Below are positions 11,215 to 22,829 of a stretch of DNA of 64,000 bases, piece by piece. Position numbers and translations under genes: made by a program. Within the stretch, counting starts at the first letter, position 1. Every line of letters starts with the position of its first letter. The stretch lies in NCBI GenBank assembly GCA_040285825.1, contig JAUPSS010000001.1, positions 3,348,001-3,412,000 on the forward strand. Reading direction: 5' to 3'. Source of the stretch: Eukaryota sp. TZLM1-RC (taxonomy: Eukaryota > Protista > Metamonada: BaSk clade). Under the pieces are notes generated by a model. That model was not told where the DNA came from. It saw only the letters and a list, made by a program, of their open reading frames with translations, and did no database searches.

Positions 11215-12836
11215 CTACCAAAAGGTTGCAACCTTTGCATATAAAAATACAGTCCAACCTACAAAAGTTGACACAAGAAAATAAAGCGCAGTAAAAATCA
11301 AAATCCCAGTACCACAATCCTCTGCGGAAAAGAGCCAAAAAAGTCCAACTGTGATGAGTAAAACAAAGACAACATACCAAAGTACCAAATAACTTTGGGA
11401 AGTAAAAGAAAGAACCCAAAAGCCCTAGGTCCATCCATAGCATCGGCTCCCAGTGTTGATCGTTGCATGGGAATGATGAACTGTAGGAACAGCACCAATA
11501 GGGATAAACAACCATGAAGTAATAAAAACAATGGGAGATTTCTAGAGCAGGTTGAGCCACTGATCATAGTAATCATGCCTGCAAAAATGGCCAAGGGATA
11601 CATTATCCAGCAATAAACAAGAAAAACAATCAGTTCACGAGTGACTGGCTTGGGAACCATTGACCTTGACGGGATCTGTGAAGGCCTTTGAAAAGGAGAA
11701 GAAGGCTCGGACTGTGTTTTATTTGGAAGTACTGGCTCAGTTGATGGTGGAGGAACTACGATAAAAGTCTCCGTTTCTTCTTCCACGTGGTTTGTCTTCG
11801 TTGTTTCATTTTCAGAATGGAAGTGAGGGGGTGGTCTGAAGACAGGAGCTGAGGGTAGGACTGCTTTAGGTTCCCTGACTGATTGTTTTAACAAATGTAT
11901 ATCATCTAAGCACTGTGCAAGAGGGGGCCTTTTTGATGGATCGTTATGCCAACACTTTGTGATCAATGACTTTATCTCCTTTGGTACATCAGTACCAAGC
12001 ACAGGTCGCTTCCCTTCTACAACAGACAGAATATACTGGTTTGTATTCCCAATGTAAGCTCTCTTTCCGGTAAACAACTCGTACATAAGCAGTCCAAATG
12101 AGAATACATTGGACTTCGAGGTGAGCTGGTTTGATTTTATTGTTTCAGGAGCAGTGTATAGACTCAATTGAGTATCAGACTGTTGTTGGAAATGTAATGT
12201 TGTGAAATCTGATAGTTTTGTTGTATTGTCACTAAATAAAAGAACATTGGAGGGTTTCAAGGCCTCATGTATGATACCTTTATCATTTAAAAACAAAAGT
12301 CCCACTAGAATTTGTTCTGCAATTTGGAGAGACTTGTAACTGAAATAAGAAGGAATGACGGATTCCAGAGAGTTTAGGGCCTTCTCCATGACCAAACCCA
12401 CCTTACATTGAGAGAACTTGGTGACACCATACACAGAGGCAAGGTTTGGATGTGCTTGAGATTGTGTGATAAGTGATCTTAATTCAGTGGAACTGGTGTC
12501 AAGAGATTGATTTGTTTGTCGTAGTTTCTTTACAATAACAGGGACAGATCTCCATTTAGCATCAATAACATCGGCAAAAGAACCCTCAGAAAGAACATCG
12601 TGAAGAGAGAGATGATCAAGAGGTATTTCAGAAAGATTGTGAGATGAATGTGAATCGACCAACCGCAATATCTCTCTATTGATGATAAAAGAAGGTAGAA
12701 CAGGTTCGCGACATTCGGGGCATGAAGAAAAAGAGGATGAACATAATGCACAGTAACTGTGTCCATTATTACAGACTGTCAAGGGCTTGTGTGCTGTATC
12801 ATTGAAAGATTTGCTACAGATTGAACATGCCAGCAT
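11215..12836 (-). CDS. RING-like zinc finger + TKL-type (pseudo)kinase + C-terminal 4-TM (TMEM272-like) protein; one 29-nt intron (11349-11377)
   Basis: N-terminal CxxC...CxxGHxxCxxC...CPxCR. Kinase subdomains have HEALKPSN (HRD lost), DFT and APE. Splicing GTATGT...CACAG extends the ORF to WYFVGLFWLFSAEDCG...ATFW* (TAG at 11215). Confidence 0.75.
11349..11377 (-). other. 29-nt spliceosomal intron
   Basis: GTATGTTGTCTTTGTTTTACTCATCACAG; removal gives a coherent transmembrane C-terminus. Confidence 0.7.
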
Positions 12837-12919
12837 TTAGTTAGTTTCTGATCAATTTATTCTGTGGTTTTATGTAAAGCAGTAAAGCAGGTGGAAAAAT
12901 TTTGTTTTTGAATTTTTTC

Positions 12920-13626
12920 AAAGGTTTCCTTATTATGTTCATCTGATCCATGGTGAATCAAATTTTTATTTTAATCAACTTCAATTTGAATTAGATAATT
13001 TGCCCAGTGATATCTTGATTCAGTGTTTTCCTCAGAATGTTCAAGAAATTCCCAACCGATCACTCCCAAATTTACGTTTTTGCCTGAAAAAGCTTCAGCA
13101 CCATTTGGTTAAATTATATGAAAGCTTGGATTATGAAGTAAGACTTGGCTTGGCTAAAACTGAAAATCCCGCTTTCGGTAATTTTTTAAAGGACATTCGA
13201 GAAAGTTCTGCTGCTGCTTTAGTAACGCAAATTTTCTCTGTTTATGAACTTTTGTTAAAAAACAATGAATGGCTTTTCAACATGCGTTTTCGTTGTTTTC
13301 TATGGTCTCATGTAATGTTGCAAATGATACTTTGGTTCACAGAAGAAAACTTAATCCTGTGAGTGCTCTTGATTTTAAAGCAAAAGAAAAACATTGAAAA
13401 TATGATAAAGATAATGAAGAAGCTAATGCTGGTAGAAATACACAGCTAGTTTTTATTGCTTTCCCCTTTTTGATAAACGGAAGATTATCAGTTGAAGCAG
13501 AAACTTTTTGAATGACTTCCGAAAAATGGTTCATGAAAAAACAATGAAAAGATTTGATCTTTTCTTATGGCGTTCTCGAATTCAATTTGCCATTGTTATC
13601 AGATTACCTCGGTTTTTCAATCGAAT
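12920..13626 (+). mobile_element. Fused CRE-like fragments (D/E-like 12920-13300; family B RLE end 13303-13626)
   Basis: ORF 13000-13362 (CFPQNVQEIPNRSL...NPAFGNF) is followed by family B sequence (SCNVANDT...WRSRIQF), which breaks off at ...AATCGAAT (13626). Confidence 0.75.
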
Positions 13627-13830
13627 ATGGAGTTTTAGAGGAGACATTCAAATTAATTTCTGTGATTTTCATTTGAAATGCATACTTTCGTCAAGCATCA
13701 TTCAAACTTATTCCAAGAACTTTCATTCTTGGTGAGATCGTCCACAGACGTTCTAGAATCCTCGAATAATTGGCCACCAATCTCAGTGAGCCCATTTCTC
13801 CTATAGAACAATATGTAGCTTTGAAGCTAG
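13627..13830 (-). ncRNA. Putative Fanzor omegaRNA scaffold
   Basis: Directly 3' of the Fanzor stop. Contains a CCAAGAAT-GAAA-GTTCTTGG hairpin (13713-13732), a second GAAA-capped stem (13672-13706), a TGAGAT/ATCTCA-enclosed multi-stem (13733-13785) and a long-range AGGAGA/TCTCCT pairing (13797-13802 with 13639-13644). Confidence 0.6.
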
Positions 13831-15623
13831 TTTCTTTGTGGTCTCTGAAACGCTTCTGGTCTTGTTCCATAGTAGCGCTCACTAATTACAATTTCTAGTT
13901 GATTTAGTGATGCAGAAATGTCTCTAGACCAAACTTGATTACATTCCGGACAACTGAAATAGGCGTTGTGAACTTTAACTTCACCATCAACTTCTCGATA
14001 GATCTTTTGGTGTAGCATCTTGCAGCAGTTCATCTTTGCAGATGTCGTATATTCATCTCTGATCTTCACATTAGCAAATGAACGTTGTAACCACTTGAGA
14101 AACGCCTTGCGTGGTGTTTTCACTTTTTGACGTGATGTACCACCACCTCCATTGCCAAACCACACCTTTACTTCTCGACCGTCTGCAAATTTTTTCACTT
14201 TGTTGATAATTGAGCTGAATCTTTTCTGTTTTCTTATAAAGAAGTCAAATGTGTTTCTCCTCAATGCTTTTCGAGATATAATTGCTGCTTGAGCAATGAT
14301 CGTCCTACGTTATTACCTTCATAGTCCTTATAGTCACCGATAGTTAATATTTCAAGCAGATAATGGTTCGATTTCTGCACGTCATAAACATCTATTGATG
14401 AGTGGGTCAGTGAAGCGGAGTGATTGTTTTTTCGTTGCTTTGGTGCCAAGAAGATATTGGATACGGTCGGCCCTGAACGTGTTGCAATGCTGGAACCACA
14501 TAGATTTGAGTGGTTGATGGCCCAGAACACCATTTCCGTTTCGTCATCAGGTGCCTGCCACTCAGTAGCTTTTGGTTTCTGGCGAGGTCTTGGCCGTTCA
14601 ACCTTGGCTTGCAAGGTATGTTTTCTATTCCGAGTGGTTTCGTAGTAATCAAGTTTCCCTCTGGATCTCTTATCAGCCAAGGCTTCTCCAGACAATCTCA
14701 CTCGTGTTGCTTTTGGGTGGGGTTTGAAAGTTATACGGACACTATCACCATTAGAAGACATGGTGTAGTCATTAGCTTTTGTTCTAAAAAATAAATAAGG
14801 GTTTTTAAAATTGTTTGTGATGTGGTTTTGGAGATAAAGTGGTTGAGAACCTTGGTGGAAAAGGGAGCAAAAGCAGGTTTCAAACTAGCGATGGGGGTGA
14901 GTCTCTGTCGTCTGAAGGTAGGCGGAAAGGCTTGCTCGAGGATTTTGGATTGTTAATCCGCAACGAAAGATGTAGGTACTGTTCCCTTGATCAAGGATCA
15001 CTCTTCGGGAAGAAAGAAGAATGTTGTACCTTTGAGGATCACCAACCAAAAAGTTAAGCAGAGTGACAGCCATTGTATGGTGTGTGTTGAACGAAGAAAG
15101 AAGAGGTTCCCGAAAGTTCGTGTTATTGTGAAGTACAGAACCAGCTTAAGTGGCCGGTGCAGGGCAGCTATGTCAAATTGCATACGAGCGGAAGAAGTTG
15201 AGCTTCCAAGACACAAGACCATCAGCAAGAAGCTGCTGGTAGTTACATTCCAGCTGGCGGCACTTTGCATCCACTAGTTGTTGTAGAAGCCTACTAGTGG
15301 GTAGTGGACGATTACGACCTGTTCTTGACAAGAACAAAACAGCAAACGGTCATGATGTAGAGATTCGATTGAGCTTCTCATACACATGGTCCTTGCCAGG
15401 TCTGTTGAATGGACGTCTGACTTATGGCTCAGAGACCGCCACAAAGTCAAAACACTGGATCCAGAATTGATGCTGTCTTCAGGGAAGCGCACAGCAAAAA
15501 CTCTGACCAGCAAGTTGCCCAAATGAGCCATGGGGTCAGCTTAGTCAGCTGTCCATCAATAGAATCACACACTGGCCGCTCAAGGAACTGATGAAGGGAG
15601 CAAGCAGGTGTCCATGACTGCAT
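13827..15623 (-). pseudogene. Fanzor1 (TnpB-like RuvC nuclease), near full length, with frameshifts and stops
   Basis: Intact C-terminus: VWFGNGGGG..TP..DEYTTS..CC..CPEC..WSRDISASLN..RPEAFQR. Upstream frames give SNGDSVRITF (TDG-like), RLTPIASLKPAF, LQQLVDAKCRQLECNY and N-terminal CSLHQF. RuvC-I reads AINHS rather than the usual IDPG. Confidence 0.85.
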
Positions 15624-16264
15624 AGACCTTACTGAAAACGGAAGATGCACAGACAATCAGAAATGATTGATTTCTCAGTTTCAGTTACTTTTAAAATTTG
15701 GTTTATTTTCAACTTCTTACATCCACAAAACAATAAAACACCGACAAACTGATATATAGACACAACTGATATATAATAGATACTGGACCTTCTTTAAGCA
15801 GTTTCTTTTCTAAAAATGGTAAACTGATGTGAAATTTGATGAAATTGTTGTTAGTCAAAGCAGTTGTTCGTTTCATCAAGGGTGTTTGTAGATTCAATAA
15901 ATTCGTAAAATTTCACAATTTAATTCCTTTATTCAGTACAAACACGTTACCAAGGGAAGTCGCAACACCCGTTTCTTCCTTTTTGTCTCTTTCCCTCTTT
16001 GACGAAGAACCTCTTGCTCCTCGTTCAATTATATCTGAGTTCGCCAGTGATTTTGTTCACCACATCATTGACAAAAAGTCCAAACTAAGGAACATAGTTA
16101 GAATTGAATTTTTGAATTTTTAATGTGGGCAAAAAATATATATCAAAATAAATAAGTTGAGGCCATAAATGCACTCCACAAACCACATTTGTTTGAATTG
16201 GTGGACATAACCATTAAAAAGAAATGGTCAAAACTGTTTTTAAATAATTACTTTTATCCCGCAA

Positions 16265-16595
16265 CTTATAAATCAGTATTTAAATAGTCCATCTCTCCCA
16301 AATCAAAACAATTAGACGCAACTCTCTCATAGTGAGATCCAAGAAAAATCACAATAAATTATCTTCGTCCCTTTAAAAATAGAACAGAGATTTCTATTCT
16401 GCCAGAATATTTTTTTAAGATTTCCATTGGTCCTTCGTTTATCAATCAGGTCACAATCTGCTAAAAACGTAAAGCAGTCAGAGCACGCGAACCAAAAAGA
16501 GAAAATACAAATTGATAGAGATTGTATACTGTACGCTGTTGGGTGGACAATTTAGACAAAGGTCCCCTGTAGTTTTTGATATTGTCAATTTCAGA
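16265..16595 (-). mobile_element. CRE-like family D 3' fragment (degenerate)
   Basis: Homologous to 7160-7500. Confidence 0.65.
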
Positions 16596-16628
16596 GTGTA
16601 CTCCATTGTTATTACATAATATCTAAGA

Positions 16629-19600
16629 ATGGAACCTCCCCTCTCCTTTCAGGGGTCATCACTTCCATATATTCTTGCAGATAATGACACGATTTATTCC
16701 ATTTCTGCCAATCATCTCATAGCAAACTCCTCTCAAGTTCTCTACACCACGTCCAATGGTCCTATTTCTTGCTTTGCTCAATGTCCTTCTTCTCCTGTCA
16801 TCGCTCTAGCTGAGTTTTCCACTAGCATCACCATTCATATTATCTCTCTCTCTGCCAAACCCCTTCTCCTACATTCATTCACTCTTCCTTCATCATCCTC
16901 TGAGGTTTCTGCCATGACGTTTACTCTCTCCGGTGACACTCTTGCAATCCTCACCTCACGTCCTTCTCCCGTACTCTACCTTTATTCTCACGATGCAGAA
17001 CTTCTTACTACACACCCACTCCCTGCAGCCCTGCCATCTGATCCATATTCTGGGACTTTTGGTTCAATGATGACTAATCAAGAATTTGATTTACCCAACC
17101 CTAACCCTAACACTATCGGTGGTATTGAAAATCAGTCCTTTGTCAACTCTTATTGGACCACATTTATACCAAATTCAATGCAATTCAATCCACTTGATGA
17201 AACATTGCTGTTGTTGGCAACTGCGTCATCAGTACGTGTTTTTAAACGGTTGGGGAGGTTGCTAATGCCCTTGACAGTCAACTTTCCCAAAGTGGAAGGA
17301 GTTTACGTTTCAGCTGTTTCTTGGTTTAACCATTCCATTATAGTCGCTATGGATAATGGTGACGTTTACAAGGTTGTGAATGATGGTCAATTTCACATCA
17401 CTTTGATTGATAATTTATCGATATTGGTGGATGGAGAATTTGTAACTGGAATTGTATCATTCAAAAATTCCGCGATCTGTTCTTCAAATATTGGTCGTGT
17501 CATCCAGTTTGACATTTCTGAAAATTCTGTAGTTGGCCTCTCTGAGTTTTTGACTGTCAATCAATTATGTCGATTGGTAGTTACTCCTGATTATTCAAGT
17601 TTGGTTTTGAGCGGATCACGTGGTCTAGTCAAACGATTTCTTTTAAATAAAGCTCAAAATAATGATTTTGTTGATCTTGAACTCTTGTCTGATGAGCTTT
17701 CTTTGATGCCTCTTCAAGATGTTTCAAATTGTCATTTATTTGAAAAAGTTTCGGTCTTGGAATTTTTCGATTCACTGAACCTTTGCTCGTCATTAAGCCT
17801 TGTCAACAAAAATTTCACCAATGAAATTTTCAACCTTTCCATTTCTGAGCCAATTGTGTGCTCTGCTAGTCACCCAAATTTTCAGTCAAATATTTTAATT
17901 TTGGTCGGTATTTCGGGAACTATTTATACAGTTTTGGTACTTGAATCAGAGTTAGTATTAGTTTCTCATATAAGGATGACAGTCAAAAAACCGGTCAAAA
18001 TCATTCTCAATCAATCATTTTCTCACGGAATTTTACAAACTTTTGATGAGTTAATTTTCTTTTCTTTTTCCGAATCGAATTTTGTCTCTTTTGTTGGTAA
18101 GTTTTGCATTAATTCGGTTATTTCACACATTAATTTATTTAATTCCAAAGCATTTATCTCTTTTGAAAACAAGCAATTTATTATAATTGATGTACCTACT
18201 TCTACTCCCCCAGCCCTTGCCACTTGTCATGACGTCACCACTGCTGCTGACGTGTCACTTTTTCAGGAAAGTCAATTGAATTCAATCAAATTCAGCACTG
18301 ATGATGTTATCCGGTCATTAATTGTTTTTACTTGTGATGACTATAAATATTCAGTCATTTGTGGAACTAATTCTGGTATCTTTCTTTATGAATTACCAGT
18401 AAAGTTAACGAGAGAGTTGGAAATTTCGCCCATCAAAACAATAGAGCTCACCCAATCATTTGTGACACGTTTTGACCTTCACGATGACGTGTTGCTGTGT
18501 CATCATGTCGATGGATTTCTTACTGTTTATAATGTATCCACTCTTACCCGATTAAGCCAATCAAAAACAATTGATTTGATTGATGGTTGTTTTGGTAATT
18601 TTTCTTTTAATGACAATTATATTGCCCATCTTTGTGGCAACACACTTATTAAATACCCAGTCAATTTCAACTTGACAACTGTTTCTAATTCTATTTTCAT
18701 TAATAACTTTAATAGAGTGGATTTTCCTGAAAATCCATTTATTTTGTCTGATTTTCTTACCGATATTTGTGCTAAAAACTATGAAATTTTGCTCCAAAAG
18801 GCGGAAATTTCCAAAACAAAAGCACGCCAGGAACTTCATGAATTTAGAAATAGATACAATACACTTTTGGCGGAAAACCGAAATGCTGAAGAAATGGACC
18901 AAATTCCCGAACAAGAATTTATCATCGATTCAGAACATTTGGAAGAGGTGAAGAAAAAGGGGAATGCGGAACTAATTCAATTAACTGAAGAATTAGAAAA
19001 TAGAGTCTTGAAAAATCAATTTCTTTTTGAGCGGATCAAAATGACTTTCTTTGACTGTTTTGAAGTCAAGTTTGACAAGATTACAAGTTTTCCGCCTTCT
19101 GAGGATGTGGTCTTGAATTTTCCGCTCAAAAAAGATTTTTTGACAGTGGATTCTGAACTTTTGGAAAAAAGAAAATCTGAAAATCTTGATTCGAATAATT
19201 TTCTAAAACGATTATGGAACACTGAAGCACCTTCCGCTGATTTATTGTATAATCAATCAGATTTGATTGACCAATCACCTTCCTGTGACAAAAAACTCAG
19301 AATCCGATGTCAATTAAATATTTTAAAAGATGTTTTTATTTATGAAGTTTTAAAATTCAACAAATATTTTGATTCAATTCGGTCGGATAAGAGAAACATG
19401 GTATCAAAACTTGTCACTTGTCTCAGTAGACTAGAGGAGCTCTCCCACGATAGCGGTCTCGGCTTTTCTGACCTATTGAGCTCAACTGACCAAAATTTCG
19501 TCATGTCATTGACAACTGAAGCCCTAACTGTTCATGATGCCAACGAATACGTCTCAGAGATCAGCTCATCGACAGCAAAGAGCTCAAAATCCAAAAATTC

Positions 19601-21302
19601 CACTAGTCTCATTTCAGAAGAAATCCTGCGTAAATACAAACGAGGTCTTGATCTGATGATGGACGGCGTATTAGATAAACCAAAGAACCAGTTAACCACC
19701 GTTGAAGAGTTCTCTAAACCAGAGTTTGTTGATAATGCACCTCATGAGGAGTGGACTACAGAAATGCAAAAGGAATATGATGAATATATAACTAAATTAA
19801 AAGAAGCTGAGGCAGAAAGCCAACGGTTGGTTAAATCAATGCAAATGGAAGCATCACGTGTGGTGACGTCAGCAAGGGAGTATGTTGACAGTTTCAATCA
19901 AAAAATGATTGATTTAAGGGAGAAGAAGGTTGAAATTGACCATGTTTTAGTGGATATTGAGCTGCTGACATTTACTTATGAGAAATTGTTATCAAAATTA
20001 AACAGAGATTCAGAAATCAATAATGTTAAGTTGAAGAAGAATTTGGAGAAAATTGAACAAAATTTGCCACAATTACAGTCTGAAAAATTGAGTCTAAGCT
20101 CTTTGTTGAAAAATTTAGAGGAGAAAAAAGAAGAGATCACAACGAGTGATAGAGCTCAGGCCTCAAAATTTAAACCTAAAGAATTTTCTGAAGAAGAATC
20201 CCAAATTTTGGTGAAAATGTTCAAAAGTCGTCCAAAAGTCGATGTCAGCCAGTCTGTTCATCGTCAGTTGAGCTTCAGGCCTTATGACCTCCCAGTGAGC
20301 TCTTTTTCCGACCCCTACCAAATATTTAGTGAAATTTTGGATTCTATAAATCTTGAACAACCCCCAAATGTGTCAGAGTCAACTTGGAACATTTTTGTTT
20401 CGAACTTGAATCGCAAATATTACTTGGAATTTGAATTGAATGAAGTGAATGAATCAATTTCTAAAACTACCAAATTTTTGACTGATCACAATCATGAGCT
20501 TGACTATATAGAAAAGAAATCAAATGACCTCAATTCAAAAATTTCAAAACTTGAAAATTCCATTATGACCCTTACTTCTGACCTTCCCGTCCTGTTTAGG
20601 CTACGACAAGGCCAAGTTGAACTTCCCCCTCAATCAATTTTGATGGATTTCTCGAAGTGTATTTTGCTGGGGGTTGAGGTCATTGACAACTATAACGAAT
20701 TAATCTCAAACGCGGGAGAAGAAGTGCTTAAAATGCTGAATTTAATAGTTAAATTATCAAAGAATATTCGTTTGATCAAGTGGCAAATCAAAGAAGCAGA
20801 AATGAAGAAGAGAGATGTGGATGATGAAATTTTGGACTTCCAGTTACTTAAAGTAACCAAAAAGATCCAGGCTTTGTTAACCCACAATCCTGCAAGCAAT
20901 GCCGATATCAATGAGCTAGAGGGGTTAAAAAAGCAAGATTTGCATTTGGAAAAGATACATCATAAAAACATGAAGGAATTAGAAATCAAAATGAATAAGT
21001 TGATAAAGCAAATTAAGGCCAAAAGTAGGGAGAATAATGAGCTTGAGGGTCAGATTGAGGCAATCAAAATGGAAGTTGGTCAATTGACTTCGTTAGACTG
21101 TGACGAACCTGTTGACGATTCTAAAGATTCTTTAATGAAAAACATTAGGTTGATACGCAAACTAAAGGAAGTAGTCACCGAAAAGGAAAGTGAATTAAAC
21201 TTTTTGAAGGTGGAATTGGAAAGGCTTCGACAACGTACTTTCCCTTCATTTATTGAAGAAGATTACAATCCACCAGATATAAAACCAGAATATCTGAATT
21301 AA
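16629..21302 (+). CDS. CFAP43: Cilia- and flagella-associated protein 43-like
   Basis: 1557 aa with an N-terminal beta-propeller and C-terminal coiled coils carrying MMDGVLD, LRQGQVE, LLKVTK and RLRQRTFPSF motifs typical of CFAP43. Confidence 0.8.
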   Translation: MEPPLSFQGSSLPYILADNDTIYSISANHLIANSSQVLYTTSNGPISCFAQCPSSPVIALAEFSTSITIHIISLSAKPLLLHSFTLPSSSSEVSAMTFTLSGDTLAILTSRPSPVLYLYSHDAELLTTHPLPAALPSDPYSGTFGSMMTNQEFDLPNPNPNTIGGIENQSFVNSYWTTFIPNSMQFNPLDETLLLLATASSVRVFKRLGRLLMPLTVNFPKVEGVYVSAVSWFNHSIIVAMDNGDVYKVVNDGQFHITLIDNLSILVDGEFVTGIVSFKNSAICSSNIGRVIQFDISENSVVGLSEFLTVNQLCRLVVTPDYSSLVLSGSRGLVKRFLLNKAQNNDFVDLELLSDELSLMPLQDVSNCHLFEKVSVLEFFDSLNLCSSLSLVNKNFTNEIFNLSISEPIVCSASHPNFQSNILILVGISGTIYTVLVLESELVLVSHIRMTVKKPVKIILNQSFSHGILQTFDELIFFSFSESNFVSFVGKFCINSVISHINLFNSKAFISFENKQFIIIDVPTSTPPALATCHDVTTAADVSLFQESQLNSIKFSTDDVIRSLIVFTCDDYKYSVICGTNSGIFLYELPVKLTRELEISPIKTIELTQSFVTRFDLHDDVLLCHHVDGFLTVYNVSTLTRLSQSKTIDLIDGCFGNFSFNDNYIAHLCGNTLIKYPVNFNLTTVSNSIFINNFNRVDFPENPFILSDFLTDICAKNYEILLQKAEISKTKARQELHEFRNRYNTLLAENRNAEEMDQIPEQEFIIDSEHLEEVKKKGNAELIQLTEELENRVLKNQFLFERIKMTFFDCFEVKFDKITSFPPSEDVVLNFPLKKDFLTVDSELLEKRKSENLDSNNFLKRLWNTEAPSADLLYNQSDLIDQSPSCDKKLRIRCQLNILKDVFIYEVLKFNKYFDSIRSDKRNMVSKLVTCLSRLEELSHDSGLGFSDLLSSTDQNFVMSLTTEALTVHDANEYVSEISSSTAKSSKSKNSTSLISEEILRKYKRGLDLMMDGVLDKPKNQLTTVEEFSKPEFVDNAPHEEWTTEMQKEYDEYITKLKEAEAESQRLVKSMQMEASRVVTSAREYVDSFNQKMIDLREKKVEIDHVLVDIELLTFTYEKLLSKLNRDSEINNVKLKKNLEKIEQNLPQLQSEKLSLSSLLKNLEEKKEEITTSDRAQASKFKPKEFSEEESQILVKMFKSRPKVDVSQSVHRQLSFRPYDLPVSSFSDPYQIFSEILDSINLEQPPNVSESTWNIFVSNLNRKYYLEFELNEVNESISKTTKFLTDHNHELDYIEKKSNDLNSKISKLENSIMTLTSDLPVLFRLRQGQVELPPQSILMDFSKCILLGVEVIDNYNELISNAGEEVLKMLNLIVKLSKNIRLIKWQIKEAEMKKRDVDDEILDFQLLKVTKKIQALLTHNPASNADINELEGLKKQDLHLEKIHHKNMKELEIKMNKLIKQIKAKSRENNELEGQIEAIKMEVGQLTSLDCDEPVDDSKDSLMKNIRLIRKLKEVVTEKESELNFLKVELERLRQRTFPSFIEEDYNPPDIKPEYLN

Positions 21303-21394
21303 TTAATTGTAATTTAATAAATTTTTGTATTTTTTTTGATTTCGTTCATTAAATTTATTCTCTTAATTTCTTTTTTTAACCCGAATACTGGAAG

Positions 21395-21775
21395 GTTTTT
21401 TTAATGATGGATTTACTTTCAGAGTCAGTGTTCCTAATTGTAACAGTGCTTTGGTCTGCATTCTGGAATTGCTTTAGGTATACTGAAAACAATTCTATTG
21501 TGCCAGAAATTGAAGTTCAATTCTTTTCCTGCTCTTTCTTTTATAAAACATCTGAAACCTTCGAAAAATTTAATACCAGATATTCCAATGTTACCAAAAA
21601 GAGAAACAGCAAATGGAACTAGCTGATACTTGACATGCTCAACACATCCTAGCTGAGATAAGGGTTCGTTGTACTTTTTGATTTATTCATTCAGAGCAAA
21701 ACTAACCCATCCAAACTAAGACAAACAATCAAATCCAAGTTTTCAAAAACTTTTAATGTCTTTTTTCTGCAATTT
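21395..21775 (-). mobile_element. CRE-like (C-related) RLE 3' fragment
   Basis: Minus strand reads KYNEPLSQLGCVEHVKYQLVPFAVSLFGNIG...FWHNRIVF. Confidence 0.65.
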
Positions 21776-22829
21776 ATGCCTATTTTGGACATAAAACTTG
21801 CATGTAGAAGACAATTGTTGTAAAATAGCAGCTTTCACTGAAAAAACTTAATTGAAACCAGTGCGTTAGTTCGTTATACTTATATATTTAATATTTTAAA
21901 AAAGAATTTATATTCTGTAAATTGCCATCTTTCAAACAAGTATTGTCATTATAAGTGACTACACAAACTAATTGAGCATGTATCCAAAATGACTGAATTT
22001 TCAATTTGAATATTTAGAAAATCTTCGTTTATTACTTGATATTTGGGGAATTGCACACGTCAAATTCAATCAACAATCAAAATTTAAATTGCCAATGATA
22101 TCAGCTAGAGTCAGTTTTTTTTGCTCTAATTTCAGCAATATACGCATCAACTAAAATTTTCACCCCAACAACAAATGTTAAACCAACGACGACAACAACT
22201 GGAACAGAGCTTACGCGTTCTTCATGCACAACAAGCTGCTGAGCAACAATAACATTCGCAAAGGAAAGCAGAAACCCGATAATTTTCAGCATAACTAGAA
22301 GTCAAAAGAAGTCAAAACAAGTATCTATAAACACATTTGTGAAAGTTTATACCCGCTCATCATTCGCAGATATCTTGATTTTTTATCTTGAGTTTTTTGA
22401 ATTTTGACAGTTATCGACTCATATCAATTCAACTATTTGCATCATGAAAACATTTTCAACATTGGAGACAATTATGAAAGGGTCCAACAAAAAGTGTTGT
22501 TAGTGTTGAGTTAGAAATTTAGTTACTGAATTTAATTACTGAACGATACTGACAATTTGTTGTTATGAGCTTAAGTAACTGCTCTACTCTGGGCAATTTC
22601 TTCTTGTGGAGCAGTCCTTCATTAGGGTTAACACCTGTTTTTTCGTTCATTCTATATTCGGTCATATATGCTCAAGAAATTGTTGGGAAATTATTTAGAT
22701 GTTGATTTATAGGTTTTTAATAAACAAATCTTCAAAATTCGGTTTCGAGATGACTTTAGCACACTGTGCCAATATCAATATATAAAATGTTTATTACAAT
22801 TAACTGGAAAGTAGAATCTATGCTATTAA

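Noticed and set aside
16171-16180. ACTCCA as the left TIR of the Fanzor element, matching TGGAGT at 13628
   Set aside because: Only 6-7 nt of identity and no supporting TSD or resumed host sequence.
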